Of a stretch of 64,000 nucleotides of DNA, positions 13,901 through 24,800 are shown piece by piece (position 1 is the stretch's first letter; each line of letters opens with the position of its first letter). Location: positions 62,001 through 126,000 of the forward strand of contig MCFE01000049.1 of assembly GCA_002104905.1 (NCBI GenBank), given 5' to 3'. The notes under the pieces were generated by a model that saw nothing but the letters and a program-made list of their open reading frames with translations, made no database searches and was not told the DNA's origin. Made by a program: the position numbers and the translations under genes. This DNA comes from Basidiobolus meristosporus CBS 931.73 (Eukaryota; Fungi; Basidiobolomycota).

Positions 13901-14334
13901 ACGTAAAGCGAAAGCTGATGTACTGGATCGGGCTAGGTGTCATCAAGGAGCATCCCTCTGAGGTCTACTCTGTAGTAGAGGAGGCGGAGGAGCTGCCGGC
14001 CGAGAGTAAGTATCTTCGCGGGTTTCCCAGAGTCATTGTCTTAACCTGGTGTTTGCGTCTAGTTGAAAATATTGAAGAGACGGTGTCTTCCTCTGTTCAA
14101 TCCGCCAAGGAACAACAGGCAGAGGAGATGCGTATATACTGGTCGTATATTGTCGGAATGTTGACCAACTTGGGAACACTGCCCCTCGACCGAGTTCAGT
14201 CGATGCTGTCCATGTTTGTGCAGGCGCCTAATAAGTACAACAGAAGCGCGGAGGAGCTTCAGGATTTCCTGGAATTGATGATCCGCGAGGACAAATTAGA
14301 GTTTTCGTTAGGGATGTACAAGTTGAAAAAATAA
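10987..14334 (+). CDS. APC2: Anaphase-promoting complex subunit 2 (cullin-like), many short introns; start uncertain
   Basis: Exons encode ELFDIIVDYPDSEPALHDL, RLLHPGANTSDIITQYVSSIKCLRILDPPGV, WVPDPIDAGP, DIISMLVNIYDTKDVFVKEFQTLLADRLL, LKPSRKLIWLNHLGTVDLELEL and the winged-helix YWSYIVGMLTNLGTLPLDRVQSMLSMF. Upstream exons can be traced back to ~11 kb. Confidence 0.9.
11915..11935 (+). repeat. (GAT)7 microsatellite encoding poly-Asp in APC2
   Basis: Seven perfect GAT units in frame within an APC2 exon. Confidence 0.85.
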
Positions 14335-14852
14335 GTGACTAGATCTATTTGCCTACCCTGTATTTGTGTATTATCCCATTCTCGAGATTGTATAGTATGT
14401 GCTACATCCATATCCACATTCACATTCACATTAAACTACATAGCGTACTTGACTGCTGCTCCTTGACTGTATTGCCGAGCTGACACAGGGTTTCCCCGCT
14501 GCTTGGGCCCTGATTGGTGGCTTGGGTTTATGCACCTTCTTGATGCTTGCTGGAAATCGGAGCTCAGCCGATAAGCAACCATGTGTTAGAGTTAGTCCCA
14601 CAGAAATCTACGTTCAGCTCCCCTAACAACGTTTGCGATTGACTCGTGTGTAAGGCCTAACACTCCCCGCTAGTATGGATATTGGCAAATACACCAATCT
14701 GCCGGACGTCCTGAAACGAAACAGTCGTGCGTATACATTGAGTGGTGCTTGAAACGAAGGCACCCTTTATTTTTTCGACCCTTTCTTACACTGGGGATGG
14801 TATTCCTTTCGTTGACAACCCCGTCTCAGCTGTGAGAAATAACTGGACCGAG

Positions 14853-16099
14853 ATGTTCCCTCCCGCAAAGCTGACCGCCCTCCGCGTAGGTACTGCAGGA
14901 TTGCTTTTAGCTATGGTATTGACCCGGAATTAACGGAAATACAGACAAAGGACGCGCCAGATTCACTCCAATTCTTACAAAACGTACTGTCAGAGGTTCG
15001 AAAGCTCCTCCCGAGTTGACCGTCCCCCTCGTTGACGTAGCCGAAAGAGAAGCGAGGTCTTTCCCCTCACTCTCGGAGAAACCTCAGGATGGTGCAGAGC
15101 ATTTGAATAGAACCTCATTATCTACTTTGCGCTCATGCCCTAGTTTTATCAAGCCTCAGATAACCGGGTAGGGATTCCTGAAGAAGGCAACAGTATGGCT
15201 ACGGAAAACCTCCAAAATGCCATTGGCGTTTCTGAGTCATTCCTCCCCAACCCAAATGAAAAGCGAGAGCCTGTGGTGCTTTCTACTTTGGCAGGCAACA
15301 CAGGGCCTACCAATCGAGTCATAAATGCACAGGATATACAGTTCTCTCCACAGTTAAACGAAGTGGGTGGGGATGCCGCCAAGATTGCCGATAGGAACCA
15401 GCCACATCAATCACCTCAATTCACTCCGATGTTTGCTTTTTGTGAGAAGGGGCTTGGTAGATATGAAGATCGGGCCAGAAACAGAGAAACATCCAGGCCT
15501 TCAAGGAAATCGAAGCTGAGCCGGAGTTATGCTCGCAGCCCACTAAAGAGTGTTGCACGGCCAACTCGCGAGGACAAGAATCCTCCCTCTTCAGCAATGC
15601 CGCAGGAATGGTACCACATTACCTGTACTCTTGTGTGAATCTCCTTTAACCAAGGATCTCTAGCCATTTTGCTCCGCAGATGCGAGTTGTTGATGGGAAA
15701 CTTGCTCTCGACAACTTGTCTCTAAGTGTGGACCTGCACTGCCTGAGTGGTCAACAAGGAGGAGTGCCTCTGGATGTTGTGGATGAATCGACATCTGAAC
15801 GCTTTATAAATAGCGCCACTTATCTCTCGAAGATCAAATCCCAGAGATGGACCCAGAGCGAAACAGACCTGTTTTATGAGGTAGTGAGGTATGCAGAGTT
15901 GCAACTAAGCTTGCGTAACTCACATAATCCTATCTAGGGAATAGCGAAGTGGGGTACGGATTTTGACCTGATTGCATCCATGTTTCCACATCGTACCCGG
16001 AAGCACATCAAGTACAAATTCAAGAAAGAAGAAAGAGTAAATCCGGCACGCATCACTGATGCGGTAATCAGGCGTTGCTCTGGAGTTGGTGTAGAATGA
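14853..16099 (+). CDS. BDP1: RNA polymerase III factor TFIIIB subunit Bdp1 (SANT domain); 3' end uncertain (alternative splice ends ~16186)
   Basis: Spliced N-terminus [41 protein letters not shown]...RFINSATY, then SANT domain [14 protein letters not shown] / [41 protein letters not shown]. Confidence 0.88.
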
Positions 16100-17575
16100 T
16101 GGCTGAAGGGTACCGTTCCTTTCCAGAATGAGTATTTAACCTCAGTTACCATCAGATACTTGGCAATTCAATACAATGCAGAATAGATGGTTTACTTCTG
16201 AGGTGTAATGATGCATCAAATGTTCTTTGAATCCTTCAACTTTTTGTATTTGACACTACCCGTTGCTGATTAAGCAATGTTTGTCATTGGCGTAGTTTAG
16301 CACTGAGGGTTTTGTTGTCTCTCAATACTAAACAAAAGGCTATCACTATTCTGAGGGGGTTGACCATTTTTGCATTTATGGATTTTGTGGTTGCCTTGCT
16401 GATGTGCAACTGAACCTACATCAGCTGCTAAAATTGTATTAACTTTTGCACCTGTAGGACACACTTATGCCCCTCACTTTGCCATATTCTTCAGGATCCT
16501 ATGGATACTCCCCCATAGAGGAATAAATTTTCACTTCTATCAAATGCAATGCTCCAACTCTAAGACCTAAATATTGTACACCTGAGGGTGGAAATGTACT
16601 TCTGTTACAAGCTTAACAACATTCTCATTTTCCCTCTGGCTCATTAAACATATCACATTGGACCACAATAGGCCATTGCAAGCAATCTTCAGCTACTAAC
16701 ATTGATTGGGTATAGTCATATAATTGCTCTAATAGTTAAGATTCAAACTACTTTGTTTGCTGATAAGCATCTTGCTTTGGCACCATAAATAAGCAGCACT
16801 TGGAATAAAGCTATTTATGAGATGGCACAGCAAGCATTCAGCCAATTGAATGAGACTAAGTCAAATCAGGTGGTAGAGCTGGTGTTATGGATGATTTATA
16901 CACCTACAGAAGATTTATTAACTGTGAGTTTTGCCTCAAATACAAGGCTAACTTGCTATTATAAATATGACTTGCTCAAAAGTTATGCATCATCAGGATC
17001 ATGCTGGTTCAGTGCACCCCACAGCAATTGCATCAAAGCCTCCTTGGTTTTTTCTCACAAGAAGCACTACCAAAACATCTTGTAGAGCTTCACTTTGTAC
17101 ACTAGACTACTCCCCTGCTAACCATCATTCAGACTACCTGTGTACTTGTATTCATTATTCTGAATGCCAACTGTAGAGTGTGGTGTTCTGGTCTGGTAGT
17201 GGTGAATAGCCCTAGAATAGATGGTGTACCCAGCATCAAAGCAGTGCATTGGCCTTTTATTCAGTCAAGATTTTTCATGACAATTGCCCCAAGGCTGCTT
17301 TTGATTGGTTCTCTTAAATTTATCTTACTTTCTGATCCTGAAAACTCAATCATCTACTATATCTGTGTACATTGATTGTCTATTGCCTCTTTTTCACACT
17401 CCTTACTTCCTGGCTCAGCCAATGCTCATACTATTCATGCATTCTACTTGGTTCATTTTCATTGAATCTTCAGTTGTAACTTAATCATAGATTGTACTAT
17501 ACATTTATTGTCCAAACAGCCCCTAAATGTGCATACATGCTCTTTGGACCTTCTTATACCCCTATGAAATATTAT

Positions 17576-18412
17576 TGTTATGATCCTGTCAAAAGGCCAT
17601 CACAGACTTAAAGTCCTGTGACTAAGAGGTATTGATCCCATTGTTGCAAGAGTCTTGGAGATATTGGAAGTGATTGGGAGAACAAGTAGATTTTGTGGTT
17701 TTCACTTAATGATTTATTGAATGTAAAAGTAGTATTTATACTTTTACCTGGTCTTGGCATTACAAACACATAGAATAGGTTAAGGAAGGTCCCAAGAACA
17801 TGTGTGCAAATTTTGGGGCTGTTTGGACAACTTTGAGAATTTTCATGTTCTGGGTAAATATTCTAAGTAAATCCCAACAAGGAATTTGGTCAGTATTCTC
17901 TAGGATTTGAAGGTGATGATCTAAGTGACTAAATTAGGTGAATATTTAGGTGGAAATACAAATTTTTACAACACCCATCAGGACACTGTGCAAAGACTGT
18001 CAAAAAATTATTGCACTCCAGATTCACAAAAAACTCAGTCAAAATTTTTCATCACTGCAATACAATGGTGACTTTTGATTGGTTCTGATCCTAGATACTC
18101 TATCACCTCCTACATTGGTGTGAATTAATTGGCTATTGCCTCTTTTTCACACTCTTTACTTCCTGGTTTGCTGCCGGTTTTCTCACTCTCTGATTCTGGT
18201 CACTCTATCACCTCCTACATTTGTGTGCATTGATTGAATATTGCCTCTTTTCACACTCCTTACTTCCTGACTCAAGCATTTCTGTTACTTTTCATATGTA
18301 CAAATTGATTTATTTCTGTTGAAACTTCAGTTGTACCTCATTTGCCAATTTTATTGACCTATACAAGTCCCTTTACCCTACACTAACATTAAGCCAAACC
18401 CCACACTCAACA
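17576..18412 (+). mobile_element. Solo LTR, family B (TGTTATGATCCTG...CTCAACA), with a nested LTR-A and an internal ~105-bp tandem duplication
   Basis: TG...CA termini; homologous to 33029-33444. Duplicated unit ACTCTATCACCTCCTACATT...TTACTTCCTG at ~18096 and ~18201. An older related fragment lies at ~17290-17500. Confidence 0.65.
17642..17973 (-). mobile_element. Solo LTR of Copia family A
   Basis: Reverse complement of the LTR at 25756-26104; perfect 5-bp TSD CCCAT (17637-17641 and 17974-17978). Confidence 0.9.
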
Positions 18413-18594
18413 GACTTGTTCCGTTGGATAGTGCCACATAGTGCCAGCCGGTTTATAGTGCCGGATTGATCTGGCACTCTACGGCACTATCTGGCACTAT
18501 AATTTCTACCATGATGCCAGTGGTATGATACAGTTACTGGTAATTTTACTCAATCTTACTTATGTTGCTCAGAATAGTGCTTTCCTTGCTTTAT

Positions 18595-19479
18595 TTACTC
18601 TTCATAATGCTCCAGACACATTTCTCTCAGTGGATGTCTTCTTGTATGAACATACTGTGCATTGATAAGTATCTTAACTATTTTACCTATTCTGCTGTTT
18701 TCTCCTATATATGACTTTCCTCTGTATTTACCTGCCAATATGCTGAATCTCTTCAGATATCCAAATGTGTGCTCTACCCTTACTCTGAAATGATTAAATA
18801 TCTCATTGTAGAGCTTCTGCTTCCTGCTAAGCACACCATTCCTTGGCTTCCTATAAGCTGTAATACATCCTAATCTCTGACAATCCTCTCCTATATAGGC
18901 CAAGTCTGCCATACATTTCTCCCCTCTACTGAATTCAGGATGATTCTCTACCCAGAGTGCTTTGTCATGCCTACTTCCAGCAAATGGCCCACTAAACCAG
19001 ATGATGTTACCCTCAATGTCAGACAGTGCTTGAAACTTCACACAGTGTGCCTTGTACTTGCCAGAATAAAAGTGCCTCTGCCCTCTAGAAGGTCTGTTAA
19101 TCCTCACTGGGAAGGTATCCAAAATACTCCTGATATGGAACCTGTTGCTGAACACTCTGGGATATGGAAGTCTATTGGAGCTTCTGAACCTAGTATTCCA
19201 AGCTTGCTCTAAGTCATTCATACCCTCTGCAAGGTGGTTCTCCATTGCTGTCAGCTGGGAATGAAAGCTTCTAGGACTTTTGTTGCCATGGATAGTGGGA
19301 TGAAACCTTGTAGGGCAATAGTTCTTGTAATAGCAGAGAAGCTTAACAAGGGATCTCCTTGAGTAGATTGGGGTTGATGGTCCACAGTACTTGGAATAGA
19401 TCTCCTCCAGTGTGTCAAAAGGAAATCCAGTGGTAGTGATGGGATTGATGAGAAAAGACCATTCAGATGAGTAAGTCAT
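18595..19479 (-). CDS. DDE_Tnp_4-type (Harbinger/ISL2EU/IS5-like) transposase, 294 aa
   Basis: ILDTFPVRINRP...FYSGKYKAHCVKFQALSD...SGPFAGSRHD...MADLAYIG...RVRVEHTFGYLKRFSIL, with catalytic D, D and E in the expected order. Confidence 0.9.
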   Translation of the reverse strand: MTYSSEWSFLINPITTTGFPFDTLEEIYSKYCGPSTPIYSRRSLVKLLCYYKNYCPTRFHPTIHGNKSPRSFHSQLTAMENHLAEGMNDLEQAWNTRFRSSNRLPYPRVFSNRFHIRSILDTFPVRINRPSRGQRHFYSGKYKAHCVKFQALSDIEGNIIWFSGPFAGSRHDKALWVENHPEFSRGEKCMADLAYIGEDCQRLGCITAYRKPRNGVLSRKQKLYNEIFNHFRVRVEHTFGYLKRFSILAGKYRGKSYIGENSRIGKIVKILINAQYVHTRRHPLREMCLEHYEE

Positions 19480-19838
19480 ATTAAAATTGATGGATGATCG
19501 TATGGAGGCGGTTTGAATTGATTCGGCGCGATCTGCGTTATTTATCTGATTTTTAACACATTATGGTTAAATCTCCATCAATTGCCATGTATCCCATCAT
19601 TATGTCGCAAAAATCATCCGCAAACAATGCCTTGGTACTTTTATTGATGCTTTAATCATAGGTCTATAATCAAATAGGAAATCTGCGATTGATGTGATCT
19701 GATCCGTGTCAACGCGATCCGAGATGCATCATGCATAATATATGGAAAATTCAACAATCACTTTAGTTTTCATATATATTTCATATAAGACCAGGTTGAT
19801 GCCAATATACTGCTGTATAAGTATTCAAATCCGTTGCT

Positions 19839-21110
19839 ATGGTCCCCATACCAAGCCTCAACTCATCTTTAGTACAACCCAGACAAAACCCATCCCCCAG
19901 CTCACTAGCACGGTCCGGACCGGAGAAGTCAATGTCGGATCCGTTCGAGTTCTCGCCAAATGATTTTAGTATGGCCCAAGTGTCTATGATGAGCCTTCAT
20001 ACAGATATTTGGGCACTACTGATTAATCTAGCAGAACTAGATACCTCAGAGAGTCAACAAAGATGGAAGAATTTGAGTAGAAAGCTGTGGCATGAGTTCT
20101 ACATCAAGATGCCAGCCAATGTATGTAAAAAGATATATAACAAGACAAGTATTGAAATCAAGAATGAGCTGAGAGTGAGGGGATTTGAGGAGGAAGCCGC
20201 GCGGGAACGATTTCGCGCGCAATTTGCGCAGTACGGGCCGGACGCATCCGTTCGTGCCTCAACTTTGGGAACCAAAGAGATTTTGAATGAGTTTTTGCCT
20301 CAAATGACTAATGTACTACGTGATATATTAGTAGAGCTAAGTGGCTTCCAAGAGCAATATACACAGGACTCATCCAGGCAACAGCTCCAAAGTATCAGAC
20401 AGAGGGTAAGTGAATACCTTGAGGAATCAGATGGTGAGCTTCAGGAGGAAGAATACAGACCGCGAGCAACATCGTCCAGATTGCGCCAGCACGCCTTGCT
20501 GGATTCCCTACCATCTCTTGCAACCACAGCGCGCCGGCGCACGTCAGTCCAGACCGCGCCAACACCCTTTACCAGAACGCCCCGCGTTGAGTCAACGCGC
20601 ATTGAGTCAACGCGCATCGGGTCAACGCGCGCGCTTCAGAGCAAAACTACCAGAACTCGCCAAACTGCTCATTTAGACACAAGTCCATTGGAGCGGACCA
20701 AGTTGCGTCAACATGCGGCATCACATCAAACTCAGCCAAGGGCCATCTCAACGCGTCAAGGCGCGCCTGCGCGTGCCGTTTTGCCTGACCATCAGCAAGT
20801 TACTTCTGGTGAACTGACTGATGATGACCAACATGAAGTGACTCAACCACCGGAGCCCTTGGCAAGTAAAAGAACGCGTCAGCGCGTGGCACTACAGGCC
20901 GGTTCAGTTGGTTCAGTTGGTTCAGTCGGAGCAATTCAGCGCGGCCAAGCTGCAGCATTGCACTCATCAACTAGGAGGCAAAATACTGACTACAAATACA
21001 CAAGTAGCCAAGATGATAGTCAGCCAGGAAGTAGTATAGGTGTGCAAAGTGAGTCACTACCAAATGCTTCAGTAGTAATCCCTGTGAGAAAAAAACCCAG
21101 GAGAAGATGA
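19839..21110 (+). CDS. Transposon ORF2: putative Myb/SANT-like (trihelix) DNA-binding protein with low-complexity R/S/T/Q tail and C-terminal NLS
   Basis: 423-aa ORF conserved in both copies. QRWKNLSRKLWHEFYIKMPANVCKKIYNK resembles the Myb-like helix pattern of Harbinger ORF2 proteins; ends RKKPRRR. Domain call is inference. Confidence 0.7.
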   Translation: MVPIPSLNSSLVQPRQNPSPSSLARSGPEKSMSDPFEFSPNDFSMAQVSMMSLHTDIWALLINLAELDTSESQQRWKNLSRKLWHEFYIKMPANVCKKIYNKTSIEIKNELRVRGFEEEAARERFRAQFAQYGPDASVRASTLGTKEILNEFLPQMTNVLRDILVELSGFQEQYTQDSSRQQLQSIRQRVSEYLEESDGELQEEEYRPRATSSRLRQHALLDSLPSLATTARRRTSVQTAPTPFTRTPRVESTRIESTRIGSTRALQSKTTRTRQTAHLDTSPLERTKLRQHAASHQTQPRAISTRQGAPARAVLPDHQQVTSGELTDDDQHEVTQPPEPLASKRTRQRVALQAGSVGSVGSVGAIQRGQAAALHSSTRRQNTDYKYTSSQDDSQPGSSIGVQSESLPNASVVIPVRKKPRRR

Positions 21111-21856
21111 TGCAATTGCTTTGAATCGCTCACATTTGTAATGATCCCAACAACCCTTTTTTTTTGCGATCCAAATTGAGCCATTGCAAATCAGTGATCA
21201 TCAAATTTTTGATATAAGTAATATCAAGGTCGTCTCACATTTGAGACAGAACCCCTATAAATAAACACCCTGCATATATATACGTCATCTGTAATACCAG
21301 TGCAGCTATTGGATCTGTTTTGCACCTACACGATTGCTTGCGTGCTAGCTATGACACCTTGCCCAATCACTAGGATCAGGGATTTACTTGCTCAATGGGC
21401 AAAATGGGATATTTGATGGCAAATCAGGTAGCTTTTTCAGTAGTCAATGAGCCAATTGGGGGCTGCCAGCTTCAGGATACTTTTGGACCAATTAACCACT
21501 GAGATACCGTCCAATTGGAGTGAGGGTAACCAAAATGGTAAGTATCAGTGTAGTTTATAGTGTGATACACATTTATTTCCATTTACATTAAAGAAACATA
21601 TCCAAATACCAGATTTTACCTGCCATTATAGCGGTATCCGATCACGCACGTGATGCAAGCATTACAAGTTGGCGCGATCATCCGCGCCAACCTCATCGTG
21701 TCAGATTGTGCCATAGTGTGCGAGATCGTCCCGCATAGTGCGAAATCGTCCAAGAACAATCCTGCCTTCTGGTAGCTATAATATTGCGCCCGATCGTTCT
21801 TTGCAACCGCGGATTGCGCCGCGTGCCCTGGCACGGTACGATGGAACAAGTCTAAC

Positions 21857-24800
21857 AAGTAACTCCATTAAAATCCAACACTCAATAAGTATTTCTGCTG
21901 TAACACTCTGTTTCCATCGTATTGGCTGGAACCCTGCAGCTTTATGCCACTGTTCATTCACTGGTTCCCATACATCCTGGTCTTCAGCCAGCACTGCAAG
22001 GTCTAGCACCTCATCTGCCAGTCTTTGCAATAAATCTTTGCAATATTCAAGTGCATTTTCTTGAGCACTGCTCTTGAAGAGGTGCTGCAACCTCTTGGTG
22101 TGCCCATTAATGTTCCAAAATTCCACTGAAGCCATTGTGATAACCTTTTGAGTTCTTGATGTTATTTCTTTGTCTGTCAGTAAGATCTCCACTCTGCCAA
22201 CAATGGAGGATGTGGAGGCTGTGGCAGACAAATTGCCTTTTCTGCAAACTCATCTACCTCACTGAAGTGTAGCTCAACTGGCTGCACTTCTGACTCTTGT
22301 GAAAACAGCTGTTTTCTTGTTAGTAATTCTTCTTGGCTATGATGGGATTCAGTCTGTTCCAGGCTTACAGCATTAATTGACAAGAACTGCAGCTTTTTTC
22401 TTGCACTTCCCTGCCTCTGGCTTGGGTAGACTTTTTTCCCCTTACCTTTTCCTTTATCACTGCCAGGTCTTACACTGCTACTTTGTCTGAGTGTTTCTTG
22501 TAGTGAGCTACATTTTCTCCTTGATAAATGCTGCTCTGATGCATCTATTTTGGCTTGCTTGTCCCTTGCTAGCACTCTGCAGGCAACCTGATGCTCTTTT
22601 CCTGCTTGTTTTAAGCTCTCAGCCCATGCTGTGACTGGCTCCTGAGGTAACTGCTACTTTTTATCACTGCTGGGTCCTTCACTGCTTCTTTGACTGAGTG
22701 CATCCTGGGTGAAGCTACACTTTTTCCTTATAAATGCTGTGCAGGTGTATCTGTGTCTGCCTGCTTGTCCCTTATTTGCACTCTTCCAGCTACCTGATGT
22801 CACTTTGACACTTGTTTAGAGCTTTTGGCCCTGCTTGTAATGGGCCCTTGAGGAAGCCACTTGTTTTGAGCCATTGCACCATTATTCTTCTGCCTTTGAT
22901 AGGTTCTGCTATTCTTGAGATACATTCTGAGCATACTAATGCAGGCCCAAAATTTGTTTGCTTGTTTGAGTCCCGGATAATGGTCATGGAACAAGTCAGG
23001 CACATTCTGCTAGGCCTTGAGTTCCTGATGGTCCCATGGTATGCAGGCCTTAAGGTGCTGGCATGCTAGACTTCTAACAATGTGGTAGGGTAAACATGCC
23101 TCCCACAGACAAGTTTATCCTTATAGCTATTCTGATGCACTTATCCTACTTTATCTTATTGGTATTATCCCATTCTACTTTGCCCATATTATTAGTATTA
23201 TCCTCATATGATGCTTACCCTGATTAGTTATTAGCATTAGTAATCCCTGATGTTATTCAGGTATGTGATCTGTATATATATCTGCATTGGGCAAGCACCC
23301 ATGTCAGCAGTTGATCACTGCACATACCTTCAGCAGTCACACCTCAGACCTGCCATCAAGGAGTATTTCAGGTAGTGCGCAAGACACCCCAAGGCCTTTG
23401 GAGACACTTGGAGTAACTAAGAAGCAAGAGAAGCAGGAGCTTTTACCATAATAACATATTGACAAAGACACCAGCAGTTTAGACTCAGAGGTTATTGCAC
23501 CCATCAGACACCTCACACACCTTAAGTTGTGTAGCTTCTCCCAGGAATACCTCTACACCACCACAATGACCTTGTGAATATTAGCCCGCTCTTCATCATT
23601 GCACTCAAAGGCTTTATGGATATTCAATGTCTTTTGATTTTTAGGCTTTGGTGTAAGCACTGCAGCTTCTCCCTCCCATGTTGTGATAGGTTTTTCTGCA
23701 GGCATTATCCTTGAGTACCATTGTTGTGCTTCAAAGACAGTACAGTGTTCCTCTGCAGTTACATTGGGAAATAGCTCAATTCTTGGCTATGACATTCAGC
23801 TACCTGAGTTCCTTCTTTACAGCAAATATACAGCTTTCTCTACCTGGGATATTGATTGCTTTACCCATATTATTCACTCACCCTGTTTCTGGACTATTTC
23901 TTGATTTCTCTGAGCCATTGCACCTATCCTAACAGCCACTGCACCTAGCTGCCTCATTAATGATTTGGTAGAAGCTGACAGCATACTTGCTACTATGTGT
24001 GGTGGTGATGTTACAACAGCCACTTACTGGTCTTCAACTGAAGGTACTGCTTTTGCTACATTCTCATCTGCCTCAGCATTATGGTCAGCTTGCGGCTTTG
24101 CAGAGATTCCCCATTGCCTACTTGACTGAGAGCCTGAGGAGTCTGCATTATTATCTTTAGTGGTCACACTGTCCACAAGGCCTTTTTGGTTGTAGCCCTG
24201 CTTGTGGCATTGAAGGTCAAAGCAAGCTGTTGTCCAACTATTCTTCTACTACCATCCATGGTGGGGTTTAGTTGAGAACCAGACAACTTTGCTTTATTTT
24301 TTGGTGGCATGTATATGGAGGTACGTCAAACCAAAGAGGAAATGGTGTTACATATATGTGTGTATGTAGTGCCACAACTTTATGTATAATGCCTACTATG
24401 GCGGGTCATCATTGAATATTACCTTCCTGTAGGTGCAATGTCTCAAGTGCAAGACTGTTTTAAATTCACAAGAGTATTGACAAAAAAAAGACATAATAGC
24501 AGTATGTTGTTGAGTGTCAAGCTGCTTGCCCCATAGACAATACTACTTTGATTCAATGCTGTAAGAGAAGAGAAAAAAGACCATGTAGCTATGGCAGCAA
24601 GCCTTGCAGCTATGAAGCATGCAGAGAGCATAGGAAGCACTACAAGGATCATGGCCAATGTTTTGCCACACAAGTTATATTTCACCATTCATCAGTCACT
24701 AGTATACCAGCAATATCTTGCTGGCCACTTGATACTTCTATAACAGCACCTGGCTGTACTTGTCACCTTGCGCAAACTGAGTCAGGTGAGTTTGTGATGC

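Larger units (their letters stand above)
18412..21853. mobile_element. Two-ORF PIF/Harbinger-superfamily (PHIS) DNA transposon, copy 1, 3.44 kb, apparently intact
   Basis: TIR AGACTTGTTCC...GGAACAAGTCT; 3-bp TSD AAC (18409-18411 and 21854-21856); divergent transposase and ORF2; second near-identical copy at 28043-31443. Confidence 0.9.

Noticed and set aside
16300-17290. Short ORFs (e.g. 16822-17085) in the first CpG-void stretch
   Set aside because: No identifiable domain; probably a fully decayed repeat or pseudogene.
18094-18271. Direct repeats that might suggest a CRISPR-like array (also the 15-bp repeats at 20583-20629)
   Set aside because: Only 2-3 units, no unique spacers, no cas genes, eukaryotic context; they are tandem duplications inside an LTR and an ORF.
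18595-19479. Bacterial IS5-family element acquired by horizontal transfer
   Set aside because: The domain is shared with eukaryotic PHIS transposases. Zero CpG, a Myb-like partner ORF and MITE derivatives indicate long residence in this genome.
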